Shown here: one piece after another, positions 13,071-25,480 of the stretch
Numbering within the stretch: position 1 is the stretch's first letter
Layout: each line of letters opens with the position of its first letter
DNA from: Malacoraja senta
Taxonomy: Eukaryota
Direction: 5' to 3'
Length of the DNA stretch: 64,000 nucleotides
Assembly: GCA_038087875.1 (NCBI GenBank)
Contig: CM075988.1
Span: 3,410,001 to 3,474,000 of the forward strand
Notes under the pieces: model-generated
The model's input: the letters and a program-made list of their open reading frames with translations, nothing else
Told to the model about the DNA's origin: nothing
The model's database searches: none
Program-made: the position numbers and the translations under genes

Positions 13071-14618
13071 GTAAGTAAGGTTGTTTTTGGTACTTGTATG
13101 TGCACCCCTCCTGCACATTGTTATATATGTATGTAAAATCTCCAGGATTCAGTAAGCATCTCATTGAGGTTCCTTATACTACCTCCCAGCTCCCTCACCA
13201 TGTACCATCTGCAAGTACATGAGGAGGAAGGTCAATGCTTCTCTCTATATTACCCTGCAGATCTCACAGGCACCAACGTTGAACAATTCCTTAAACTAAG
13301 TTGCAGTCCTGATCTTCCAACCAACCTCATTGCGATCCTTGGACATTTTCTCTGGAACTGTAATGCTCGTATGTTGTAACACCACATTCTTCACTCTGGC
13401 ATTTTCCTCTTTGCCCCACCTGTTGTACATGTGTTGGGCTTGGTTGTACTCATGGATAGTGTGATTTGACTGGATAGCACGCAAGCAACGTTTTTCATGC
13501 TATATTGGTACACGTTACTGTTGCAGGGGAAGTTCTCAGAGGTCCCTTCTTTACCTAGTGAGCAGATGACGTGGCTTTTAGTTGTGTGCCTAGAATCTTC
13601 TCCATTTCACAGCTGGTCCAGAGTTGTGTATCTCTGTGGCTTGGAAAATGAGACCCATTTTCCCATCTGTCACAAGTCACATTTCTGCAAAAGCAAATGT
13701 TAAGCAGAGATAGATAGATTCTTGATTAGTACGGGTGTCAACGGTTATGGGGACAAGGCAGGAGAATGGGGTTAGGATGGAGGGAGAGATAGATCAGCCA
13801 TGAATGAATGACGGAGTAGACTTAATGGGCCCTATGGCCAAATTCTGCTCCTATCACTTATGACCTTATGTTGAAGATGGAATTCACAGCTACGTGGCCT
13901 TTTGTTAGCTGAGGAAAGGAGTATTTGAGGATAAGGACTCAATATTCATGATTCAATGAACAACAGTGTTCCATAACCCCCTCTATCTCTGACACTTGAA
14001 CCATCTTCTGAACTGGACCATCCTACCAACAACCAGAGAGCAGTCATGAGCTACTATCTACCTCTTTGGGGGCCCTTGGACTACTTTTGGTCTGACTTTA
14101 CTGGACTTTATCTTGCACTAAACGTTATTCACATTAGTCCCGTTATCATGTGTCTGTACACTGTGGATGGCTCGATTGTAATCATGTATTGTCTTTCCGC
14201 TGACTGCTTAGCACGCAACAAAAGCTTTTCACTGTACTTCGGTACATGTGACAATAAACTAAACTCAAACCTATGAACAGCAATCACTTCAAGGTACTGC
14301 GGAGGCACTGCCATTGCTGTCTTCACAAGGTCCTCCTGTTCCACTGCCAGATAAGCAAATCTACATCAGCAATCTCTCCCAAGCCAACGTCACCCAAAAT
14401 AGTTTAGAGAATTTGGTTTCTCTGAGATACAGCATGGAAATAGGCCCCACTGTCCACCAAGTCCATGTCGACCATTGATGATCTGGAGAGTATATGGTGG
14501 GAAGGGAAGAGTTGAAAGGGCATCATTTTTGCTGTCGCCATGCGTCGACGTATTATTGTCAGCAAAGATAAGTTATATTATTTCTTTAAATGCGAACCAT
14601 TATTCTCAAGCAATTCCT

Positions 14619-14646
14619 CTGAAGAAGGGTTTCGGCCCGAAACGTT
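14619..14646 (+). ncRNA. Minimal hammerhead core, subfamily B (UUCG-capped stem II)
   Basis: CUGAAGA-A-GGGU-UUCG-GCCC-GAAAC-GUU inside a Penelope-derived mini-element (14617-14712). Confidence 0.6.
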
Positions 14647-15220
14647 ACCTATTTCCTTCGCTCCATAGATGCTGCTGCACCCGCTGAGTTTCTCCAGCAT
14701 TTTTGTGTATCCTCAGAATTAAGGTTGGCTTGTTTTCACTTCCACACATGGAGCAGGAAGTGGCTGTCAGGTACATGAGGAAGTGGCCGGTTTGGTCAGG
14801 ACTTCTGTCTGCTCCCTACGTAAGGTTTCACAGGTCTCAATCTCAATCTTTGGTGATCCTTCAACACCTGTTTGGCTGCGGGCCAGAAGATCCCAGGAGT
14901 CAGTGCGGATGTTGCACTTCCTTAAGAAAGTATTGAGCACATTCTTATTTTGTTTTCTCTTTTTGCTTAACAATCTCCTGCTATTACAGAGCTTGGAACA
15001 CATTTCTGGTCGTTTCACTTCTTCAAGAGAGTTTTGAGCACATTCTTGAGTCTTTTTCTCCCTCCACTAAGCAATCTCTTCCCAATATGAAGTTTGGAAC
15101 AGCATGCCTGGTGTTCAGCATGAGACAATGGAGTGTACCCAGCCTAGCCAACTAGAGAAAACAAGGAACTGAGTACTTGAGGTATCAGCCTTCAAGTGCT
15201 AGCTGATATTGGTTCACTTA

Positions 15221-15550
15221 AGGACCTGTCCCACTTACGCAATTTTTTCGCCGACTTTCCGGCATCCGTCAAATTCGCAACAGGTCGCCGAAAAATGTCA
15301 AAATATTATAAATCCAGCGGCGACCAGAAAAGGGTACAACTCATTGTGCGACCATTAACGACCATACAGGCGTCACGTGTCGACATGTCACGGGGTGATG
15401 TCTGTTTGGTCGTGAGGAGTTGCCCAAAGAGTCGTACCCTTTTCTGCTCGCCGCTAGATTTTCAATATTCTGAAAAATTTCGGCAACCTGCTGCGACTAT
15501 GATGTGTGCCGGCAAGTCACCGAAAAAATCGTGTAAGTGGGACAGGTCCT
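15221..15550. mobile_element. Harbinger-like MITE with TTA target duplication
   Basis: TTA|AGGACCTGTCCCACTTAC ... GTAAGTGGGACAGGTCCT|TTA. Confidence 0.85.
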
Positions 15551-16441
15551 TTATTCTTCCAGTGAAACTGAAGGGGTTTGTGAAGACGCCATTGATGATA
15601 TTTTTCCAATGCCAACTGTATGTAGCCCAGGACTGGAAAGCACATCGGAACGTAACATCGTCAATGGTCCTATGCACGGTGAGATACAGGTACAATGAAA
15701 TTCTTGCTTGCAGCAGCACCACGGGCACATAACATCGCACATAAAAGGGACAAGTTGGTGAAAAGACGATGCAAAGAACGAGACAGGGAATGATCGGGCA
15801 ACATTGTAAATGCTGTTGAGCAACTCGGGACAGCAGAGACCACTTCGTTGTTCAAGCTGTTGCACTGACTGTTCTCCGAACGGAATTCCTCTTTGGAGAC
15901 ACAAGGGACTGCAGAGGCTGGAATCTGGAGCAAAAACCCCCAATTGGTGATGGAACTCTGGTGGGAACTGCAGAAACAGAGGGATAGACTGATGCAGGGT
16001 CTCGCGCCAAAAGCATTGGAAATCCTCTTATTTGCCTATTGTCATGTAAGAGGTTGAAGGCATTGACATAATAACAGGACAGCTGGTGCACTGTGCAGCA
16101 TAAAAGTATGTTTAACTCTTTGTTTTCCAGAGTTCAACTCTCCTGCACATTATGTGGTATTAACAGCACACTTACTGTTCGGGGATCGATTGAGCAAAAC
16201 AGCAAACTGCTGGAGGAATTCTGTGGGATTATCATCTCTTTGCCTCCACAGTTGCTGCCTGACTCACTGAGTACCTCTGGCAGTTAGTTTTTTGCACGAG
16301 ATTCCGGCATCTGCAGTCTCTCTTGTGCTTGGGGCCTGACAGAATCTGGCACGGAGGGGTCTGGGTCCGAGAGCGAATCTATTATACCACAGTTCAAGAC
16401 AAAACAAGTTTTATTTTTACTTTACCTCTGCTTTATTACAG

Positions 16442-16501
16442 TGTTATCAGCACATCTTGCTCACCCTGGCATACACTCGACACGGATCCCACCCTCTCAG
16501 G
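16442..16501 (+). CDS. ST3GAL4: Stem-region exon (VISTSCSPWHTLDTDPTLSG), 60 nt, phase 2/2
   Basis: ctttattacag| and |gtaagt sites; splices in frame to 18379; carries a Cys where ST3GAL4-type stems have one. Confidence 0.65.
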
Positions 16502-16972
16502 GTAAGTCTTCAAATGATTCAAGCAAGACGTGCAAACCAACCTCCCTCCCATTGACTCCACCTACACTTCACGCTGCCTCGGCAGGGCCACCAGCATAAT
16601 CACGGATGAGTCCCACCCCAGACACTCCCTCTTCTCCCCTCTCCCATCAGGCAAGCGGTACAGAAAAACGCACACCTCCAGATACAGGGACAGTTTCTTC
16701 CCAGCTGTTATCAGGCAACTGAACCATCCTCACCAACTAGAGAGTGGTCCTGACCTCCCATCTACCTAATTGGAGACCTTTGGTCTATCTTTAATGGGAC
16801 TTTACTGGGCTTTACCTTGCACTCAAACTTATTCCCATTACCCTGTATCTGTATACTGTGGACGCCTTGATTGTAACCATGTATAGCCTTTCCGCTGATT
16901 GGATAGCACACAACAAAAAAGCTTTTCGCTGTACCTCGGTACATGTGCCAATAAACTAAACTAACTAACAAG

Positions 16973-17335
16973 GGCAGCATGGTGGTGCCATGGTAGAGTT
17001 GCTGCCTTACAGTGTTAGAGACCCAGGTTCGATCCTGACTACAGGTGCTGTCTGTACAGAGTTTGTACATTCTCCCCGAGACCTGCGTGGGTTTTCTCTG
17101 GGATCTCCGATTTCCTCCCACACTCCAAAGACCATATAACCATATAACCATATAACCATAACAGCACGGAAAGACGTACAGGTCTGTAGGATAATTTGCT
17201 TGGTAAAATTGTAAATTGTCCCTAGTGTGTGTGTAGATAGTGTTAGTGTACGGGGATCGCTGGTCGACATGGACTTGATGGGCCAAAGGGCCTGTTTCCA
17301 TGCTGTATCTCTAAATTAAAGTAAATAAACTTAAG
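16973..17335 (+). mobile_element. HE1 SINE with internal (ACCATATA)n expansion
   Basis: Typical head and core; 8-bp repeat at ~17130-17162. Confidence 0.85.
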
Positions 17336-17509
17336 TAACTAACTAACTACCTAACTCCTTGATCGGACTTTGCTGGCTTCACCTTGCACTAAATGTTATT
17401 TCCTTGTCATGTATCTGTACACAGTAAATAGATCGATTGTAATAATGCATTGTCTTTCTGCTGATTGGATAGCATGCAACAAAAGCTTTTCACTGTACCT
17501 CGGTATACA

Positions 17510-17692
17510 TGACAACTAACTAACTAACCAACCAACCAAATAACTACATAACCAACCAACTAACCAACCAACTAACTAACTAGCTAACCAACCAACCAAC
17601 CAACCCCACCAACCTAACTAAACACCTAACTAACTGACCGACTGACCGACTGACCGACCGACCGACCGACCAGCCAACTGACTAACTGACCC
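17510..17692. repeat. (AACT/AACC/GACT/GACC)n tetranucleotide microsatellite; resumes at 18195-18305
   Basis: Direct reading; split by the Tx1 insertion. Confidence 0.9.
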
Positions 17693-18190
17693 ACTTTTGC
17701 GGGCTGGAAGAGTCTGTGTACCACGTGTACATGGAGTGCGTGAGGGCTGCAGCCCCTGATCCAATATCTAAAGGGGCTGCTCCTTGCCTTCTGGCTGCAT
17801 TTTTCACCCACCATCCTTATCTTTGAAGATGTCCTGGTTGGGTTGCTCCTGGGCCTGGCCAAGCTGGCCATCCGCGAGTCACGGCGCCAGGCGGTGGAGG
17901 GCTTTACCCGAGCCGGCTGCCTGCCCCTTTTACTGGGTTACGTCTGTGCCCGGGTGCAGTTAGAAAGGGAATACCCCTTGTCCACCGGCACCCTGGGGGA
18001 GTTCCGGGACCGCTGGGCTCCGCAGGGTGTTGAATGTATCCTCAATAAGGATTGTATCATAGTTGTATAGTAGTTTATTATGGATATATGTTTGTATTGT
18101 ATTATGATGGTGGCTTCTGGCTTGTTTTATTGTAGTGTATTTATTATTGTTTAATAATTGAATACATTTTTTGATTTAAAAAAAAAACCA
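17693..18190 (+). mobile_element. Tx1-clade LINE 3' end (ORF2 C-terminus, 3' UTR, poly-A)
   Basis: LLLGLAKLAIRESRRQ...ARVQLERE...FRDRW peptide typical of Tx1 ORF2 ends; A-tail at ~18178. Confidence 0.75.
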
Positions 18191-18378
18191 AAACGGACTA
18201 ACTGACTAGCCAACTGACTAGCTGACTAGCCAACTGACTAGCTGACTAGCCAACTGACTAGCTGACTAGCCAACTGACTAGCTGACTAGCCAACTGACTG
18301 ACTAACTAATTAGCGATTATAAAGTTGGTTTGCTCAACTTCGATACTTCTCTTGACTTTGTCTGTGTTTTTTTTACAG

Positions 18379-18479
18379 TTTCATTCGGAATGGCAATTTG
18401 TTTTTAACACTAGAAGGTGAATGGTGGCACCAAGCAAAATATATGACCAAGAAGTTGCCATACGGGATAAAAGGCAGTG
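18379..18479 (+). CDS. ST3GAL4: Sialyltransferase exon (FIRNGNLFLTLEGEWWHQAKYMTKKLPYGIKGS), 101 nt
   Basis: ttttacag| and |gtgagg; LPYGxKGS motif characteristic of ST3GAL4/ST3GAL3/ST3GAL6; phase 2 to phase 1. Confidence 0.9.
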
Positions 18480-18859
18480 GTGAGGACCCCACTATTGGCT
18501 TTTATTTTGTCTTTTCTACTGTAAATGTGGTTGATACAGCTCCCTCGTCCCAAGCATGAACCGCCAGTTTATCAGGATCTACGTTTCTTTACCAGAAGGT
18601 CTCAGAACCGGTTTCCGGTTTGTATTAACCGATGTTGGAGGGGTTTTATTTAGCTTTAGAGATACAGCATGGAAACGGGCTCTGTGTGTGGTATCAGATA
18701 TGAGAGTGTCATTTACAAGGTGGTTAGGTGGTGCGGAATCGGGGATGATGCCGGTCGACAATGACATTCGCGGTGGAGTGAACGACGTGATATGGTTTAT
18801 TAATAGCGACAAGAAGTTCAGGTCTGTGTGGGGTCGCTGTCTCTCATCATCAGGGCACA

Positions 18860-19200
18860 TGAGAGGAGGCATTGGCGATCTCGAGCTTGTCCTGGCAGCT
18901 CAGTCCTGGTCTGAGGAGGCTCATCACTGCAGCTCACCATGGCCTCGAGAGGAGGTTCTGGCCAGCTTCGGGCTTATCCTGGCAGTTCAGCCTTGTGGCT
19001 TTGCCTCTGTGTGTGGGCACAGTTGCTCTTTGTCTGTGAGCTGGTAAGAGGCATTGGCGGTCTCCAGCTTGCCCAGGCCGCTCTGTCTTGGCCTCAGAGG
19101 GGACGCTGGCTGTCTAGGGCGTGTCCCGGCAGCTCAGTCTTGACCACAAAACAGAGGTGCTGGTGGTCTCAGGTTTGTCCCAGTGGCTCAGTCTTTCTCC
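18860..19200 (+). repeat. Degenerate ~45-50 bp tandem repeat
   Basis: Recurrent gaggcattggcggtctc..gcttgtcctggcagctcagtc motif, about 5 copies. Confidence 0.55.
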
Positions 19201-19243
19201 AAACCTGCAACAGGGAAACACAGCTAGCAAGGATGGGCAGCAC

Positions 19244-19259
19244 TTTCTCTCTCTCTCTC

Positions 19260-19321
<62 letters not shown>
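19244..19321. repeat. (CT)n microsatellite (others at 46730-46820 and 62324-62397)
   Basis: Direct reading. Confidence 0.95.
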
Positions 19322-19324
<3 letters not shown>

Positions 19325-20404
19325 AGTTCAGGGATACACACACTAGGGACAACGTACGCAGGCCACGGGGAGAACGTACAGTAGAAATTCCATACAGGCA
19401 GCACCTGTAGTTGGGATCGAACCCGGGTCTCTGGCCCTGCTATAGGGCAGCAACTCTACCGCTGCGCCACCATGCCGCCCTCTCTCTTTCTCTTTCTTTC
19501 TCTGCAGAAACATTTCTGACTTTTATCATGTATCTATACAAAAGCTTGTCACGGCACCTTGGTACATGTGGCAATAATAAACTAAACTGCAAGACAGATA
19601 CCACTTTATCTGTTGGGTATTTTCCCTTTACTACAGATTTCCGACAACTGCAGAGTTTATTTCCCATAATTTCAGCAACACTTCAGACTGTCTATGTACA
19701 TCTCCTCCAGCAGACTATCTACAAGAGACAAGCCTTCTCCACCCTATCTCCACCTGCAACACCACACGATCTATCACTCAGTCTCTCTTACCCTCTCAAC
19801 CACTTCAGGCCCTTTGTGTAAGAAGGAACTGCAGATGCTGGTTTAAACCGAAGATAGGGACAAAATGCTGGACAGCAGGACAGGCGTAATCTCTGGAGAG
19901 AAGGGATGGGTGATGTTTCGGGACGAGACCCTTCTTCAGAATGAAAGTCACAGGAAAAGGGCGTGACTGTCAGTCTGAAGAAGGGTCTCAACCTGAAGCG
20001 TCACCCATTCCTTCTCCCCAGAGGCCATTTATTTTGTTCTCCCCTCCTCCTCCCCTCACTGCAACCATTTTACTTCAAGCATTTCATCGTTCAGATGAAA
20101 GATGAGTGATCTGGAATGGTAACTCTGTTAATCTCTGATCTGCACAGAATTTCAAGCTGCTTCTACCCTTATCAACAACCGTGGACTGGGGAAACAACGA
20201 AATGAGGCGCGGTATGTCTGCTACTGAAGATAAAGACAGTGGAAATGACACCGATAGTCTCAAAGTAGAATTAGCTTGGATGCAGTTGAGAAATAGCAAA
20301 GATAAGGAAACATTGGTGGGAGCTGTAGATAGAACCACAAACAGTATTGGTGATGTAGTGGAAAGTGTAACTCGGGAACTTAGAGCACCAAGTCAACAGA
20401 GTCA

Positions 20405-20727
20405 AGAGTTTAGTTTAGTTTAGAGATAAAGCGCTGAAACAGGCCCTTCGGCCCCACCGGGTCCACTCTGACCAGCGATCCCCACACATTAACACCACCT
20501 TACACCCACTAGGGACAATTTTAACATTTACCAAGCCAATTAACCTACGAACCTGTACGTCTTTGGAGTGTGGGAGGAAACCGAAGATCTCGGAGAAAAC
20601 CCACGTAGGTCACGGGATAACATAAAACTCTATACAGACAGCACCCGTAGTCAGGATCGAACCCGGGTTTCCGGCGCTGCATTCGCTGTAAGGCAGCAAC
20701 TCTACCGCTGCGCCATCGTGACTGCCC
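20405..20727 (-). mobile_element. HE1 SINE
   Basis: Reverse-complement full-length copy. Confidence 0.85.
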
Positions 20728-21184
20728 TCAAGAATTATATATATACGTACATATGTACAGACATGCATACATACATACACGTAAAACAAACAGACAATAG
20801 ACAGACAAACAGTGTGAAGAAGGGTCTCGACCGGAAACGTCGCCTATTTCCATTTTCCAGCATCTGCAGTTCCTTCTTAAACAGACAATAATAGTGCAAA
20901 AAGGCAAAAATAACATGCACGTCTATATGTGTAGGAAGGAACTGCAGATGCTGGTTTACACTGAAGATAGACACTAAATGCTGGGGTAACTCAGTGGGAC
21001 AGGCAGCATCTCTCGAGAGAAGGAATGGGTGACGTTTCGGGTCTGAAGAAGGGTCTCGACTCAAAATGTCATCCATTCCTTCTCTCCAGAGATGTTGCCT
21101 GTCCCACTGAGTTACTCCAGCATTTTGAGGCCCCCCAAGTCCATGTAGTTCAGAGCTTATTTGGAAGTTGTGGTGCTTAATAGC

Positions 21185-22312
21185 ACCACTACAAATAAAA
21201 TATAAACTGGGAAATAATCAATATTTTAAATATTTTCAAATATGTGACTATTTGAAAAAATATACAAAAGATCATTATAATATCCCAGCAGATGTATTGG
21301 ATGAAGCAATGCAGATAAAAGCTGAATCAGCAAACTTAATATCATATTTGTATAATATTATCTTAAATGTAGAAATACCATCTACGGAAGGTATTAGAAG
21401 ACTGGGAACAAGAATTAGCTATTAAAATCTCAAAGGAAAGGTGGAATGAACATTTATTAAACGTGCATAAATGTTCAATTAATGTAAGACACACTTTAAT
21501 ACAATTTAAAATTTTACATAGATTATATTATTCAAAAACTAAAATTAATAAAATTTTCCCCAATGTATCATCCATTTGTGATAAATGTCAATCTCAAGAA
21601 GCTACTATAGCGCACTCATTTGTTTTTTGTACAAAAATTCAAAAATTTTGGATTGAAATTTTTGAGATCTTTACAAAATTGTTTAAAATAAAACTGATAC
21701 CAAAAGTAGAATGGATTATCTTCGGAACAACGGAAGATAGTCCTGAACTAAATGTGTTTCAAAAGAAATTAATAGATTACGGGTTAATAACTGGAAAAAA
21801 GTTAATCCTAAAATTCTGGAAAAACGCTCCAATACCAACTATAAACATGTGGATTTCAAATATGTTTGAAACATTACACCTAGAAGAGATAAGACTCCTC
21901 CTGGCAGGTAAACCAGATCACTTCCACCTGACGTGGTCTGCATTTATAGAATTATTACAAGTATAGGGTGCAAAAGTACATTAAAAGTACATTTGCGTGA
22001 TGCTTATAACAAAGTATTTGTTTTTCTCTTTTTTCCTCTTTCTCTTTTTTTTCTTCTTTAGGGTCTATCTCTTAATCCTTTCTTTTTAATTTCTTTTCAA
22101 CAGGGTCTCTGTTCTTTCTTGTTCTCACGTTTTTACACCTTCACTATTTTCCTTCACTTTCTCTTTTTTCTTAATCTCAACCTTTCCTTTTTATCAGTGT
22201 AAAAAATGACGGAGTACATTAATTGTAATAAGATATACGTGATGAGTACTAATGTAATTGGTTGTAATGTAATGTACTTCTAATAAATAAAAATAAAAAA
22301 TAAAAAAATTAA
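21185..22312 (+). mobile_element. L1-clade LINE, 5'-truncated (ORF2 C-terminus, 3' UTR, poly-A)
   Basis: ORF 21463..21966 with QFKILHRLY and CCHC knuckle CDKC...H...C; AT-rich; AATAAA and A-rich tail at ~22283-22315. Confidence 0.9.
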
Positions 22313-22692
22313 AAATCCATTCACTTGGCCTCCACAGCCTTCTGCAGCAAAGAATTCCACAGATTCACCACCCTCTGACTAAAGAAATTCCTCCATCCTA
22401 AAGGAATTTCCTTTAATTCTGAGGCTATGACCTCTGGTCCTAGAGATGCCCCCACTAGTGGAAACATCCTCTCCACATCCACTCTGTCCAGGCCTTTCTA
22501 TTGGTGTGTAGGAGCTGATTTGCAGGATGGCAGGGTGAGGAACCAACAAGGGAATGGGCTCCTTTTGGATCCGACAGTATAATGAAAAAGAGTTCATTAT
22601 TAGTCTGGTTGTGAAAGGGGGCTTTAGGGAACAATGATCAAAATATGCTATAATTTTCCAAAAAGATGGAGTCATTTAATTCGATGTGAAAA

Positions 22693-23088
22693 CAGTAGAG
22701 CTAATAGGACTTGATGTTTCAATCCCTGTAATAATTTGGCACTCTTGCTATTTGCAGTGGGATTGGAGTGGTGAAAGGTAGGGTAGATACGTCATCGGGC
22801 TTATCAGGTGGGCAACCTCCTTCTTTGACGTTTCATTGATAAGACCACAACGTCTCCAGAGGGCTCAACGATGATACCTGGCGTCCCAGGTACACCCGCC
22901 CAATTGTTATCTTTCCTGTTGATCCAAAGCCAATAGCTCCTTTTTCTGCAGAATTTGATATATTAAACGAAACAAAACTAACATTTAAAGAATTAATACA
23001 TAATTTACAATAACGAACTGAGATCTTCGGTTTCCTCCCCCACTCCAAAAAAAGTACAAGTTTGTAGGTTAATTGGGTTTGGTAAATT
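22693..23088 (+). repeat. ~395-bp direct repeat, copy 1 (copy 2 at 25482-25877)
   Basis: Near-identical from cagtagagctaa to gggtttggtaaatt; contains a HERO 3' end and a SINE fragment. Confidence 0.9.
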
Positions 23089-25480
23089 CAATCCCTGTAG
23101 TAAGTTGGCACTCTTGCTACTTGCAGTGGGATTGCCGTGATGAAAGGCAGGGTAGGTACGTCATCGGGCTCATCAGATGGGCACCCTCCTTCTTTGACGT
23201 TGCATTGATAAGCCCACAACATCTCTAGATGACTCAACGGTGATACCTGGCGTCTCAGTTACACCCGCCTCAATTCTATACCCTCCTGTCTTCATTTTGC
23301 AGCCCAATTGTTGTCTCTCCTTTTGATCCAAAGCCAATTGCTGCTTTTTTCTGCAGAATTTGATAATGATTGCTTGTTGGAGGGAGCCCTCACCACCATT
23401 TTCTTTAATAGCCTGGTCGTAGATGTAGCATCAAATCCTCTGCATCCCACTTCGACAGGGAAAATCTTGGTCTTCCAGCCATTCTGGGAAGCTTCAGTTG
23501 CCAGTTCAGAGTACTAGGTCTTTTTCCTCTCAAAAGCTTCTTCAACACCATCTTCCCATGGAACTGTCAATTCCACAACGTATGCCAACTTGGCTGTTGT
23601 GGACTACAGGACCATGTCAGGCTGGAGTGTTGTAGCCACAATGTCTGGGGGAAACACAAGCTTTTTTTCCAAGTCCACTTCCATTTTCCAATCCCGAGCA
23701 GGCTGCAGAATGCTTGCATCTTTTGATGTTATCTGGTGCTCTGGTGGTTGGCCTGCTGGTACAAATGTTATGGTAGACATTTTCTGCTGATGTTAGTGGG
23801 GAAGCATTTGTGATCCTATGCCTCTGTTCCAGGATAGATGCCAGCTGTCTGAGATCTTGGTTATGCCGCCAAGTGTAACGCCCTTGGCCGAGCCCGTTAA
23901 AATCCTGTTAAAATGTGCCTTAGTGATGCAGGCTCTTGGCAAAGGGAGCAAGTGGAGTCTCCTCCCAACCACTGCTTCAGGTTCTGGGGTGATGGTAGAA
24001 CATCATAAGTGGCTCTGATGACAAAACTTAGCCGAGATCCCTCCATTTGCCAGATGTCACTTTCCAGGCTCTCCCAGTTAGTCCATTGGCCCTGGTTGGC
24101 CATTGAGACGGCCTTGGCGTGTCGCTCTGCCTCCTCCCGTCTTCTCACCTCCTCCACCATGAGCCGTTTCTTCTGCACTGATGTTGCCTTGTGCCATTTA
24201 GGAGCTTTTGGGATGATCCCGAGCCCGGCTCCTCCGTGTTGGACTTGGCCAACCACATCCCGGAAATGAAGACTAGACTTAGCACTCTGAACGGCTTCAG
24301 ATGGGGCCCACTTCCTCCCCGTTGCCACACGGGGGGCCGCTGTTCGAATAACAGTATCTTCAGATTCAGTGAGGGTCATGACCAACCCATGCTTTAGTGC
24401 ATTTGAACTCTTCCACAAGTGCTGCAATGGGTAATTCCAATTTGCCACTCCCGTAGAGTCCGACAGCACGTAAGCATCGTGGACGTCCAAGCTACTGCTT
24501 CACATGTGTGCTGATCATTCTTTCCAGCTTTTCCACTTTGTTGATGGGGATTTCATATGTGGTTAAAGGCCAGATGATTCTTGGTGGTGTGCCAAATTGG
24601 AAGCACCACAGCTTGAGTTTTCCTGGTAGCAAGGTCTTGTTGATGCGAGCTATGTGCGTGAAGGTATCCTTTTTCAGTTGTTCAAACTGCTCGGTGTCCT
24701 TGAGCTTTGCATCATACCATCAGCCCAAACTCTTCACTGGCATTTCTGAAACAGTTGGAACAGGTATTCCGTCAGTATGAAATCTTTGATCCTTGACTTG
24801 ACCTTTGATAATGGAGATGCTTCTGCACTTGCTGGGTTCATCCTTGCCCATGTGATGTTTTGATGAAGTTTTTCCAGAAGTCCCTTGGTGCAGGGGACAG
24901 TTGTCGTTAGTGTTGTTATATCGTCCATATAGGCTCGTATAGGTGGAAAATCGCTGACCACACTGTAGCCGTCTTCCTCCCACAACCCATTTTGATGCTC
25001 TGATAATGAGCAGGGCGAGTGCTTTTTGAGTTTCCCAAAAGGAAAAAAATTATCCACCATCAAACAGTTTCGGCAAATAAACCTTCTTAAAATAGAAAGC
25101 AAGATCTGTTTCAGTGTGGTGGCGAAAAGACTTACAAAGTATCTGAAACAAAACCAACGTTATCCCCAAAGCCCCCGTAGGTTTTGCCACTTACCTGATT
25201 CAATGTCGTGTCCGTTATAAGGTTTGTTACCGGGCGGTCAGTCGATGAGATATCCTGCGCCCCCGCTCTCGCAGACTCTGGGGGTATACTTCTCTTTGAA
25301 CTTTTTGTAGCCAAGTGAGGATGGCTCTTGTGCCCTAACAAGGCAACGGAGCCAGCTGTTATGGGTAGCTAGCCCATACAGCCCCGTTGGGGTCTATTTC
25401 CTCCTATCAGCTGTCTCTCCAAGCTTTCCCTTGTCGTCATCTACACTTTCACAGCAGTCACTGGTTTTTCCTCCAGAAGA
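23089..25480 (-). mobile_element. HERO-clade (restriction-like endonuclease) non-LTR retrotransposon remnant
   Basis: Minus-strand peptides: RT AYMDDIT, knuckle CSLCQEPASLRHILTG, and RLE PDMVLWS...VELTVPWEDG...PVEVGCRGF; frameshifted and rearranged. Confidence 0.85.

Noticed and set aside
14783..15037. Hydrophobic ORF as the missing transmembrane exon
   Set aside because: Hydrophobicity comes from a T-rich tract in a short local duplication; no phase-compatible splice sites found.
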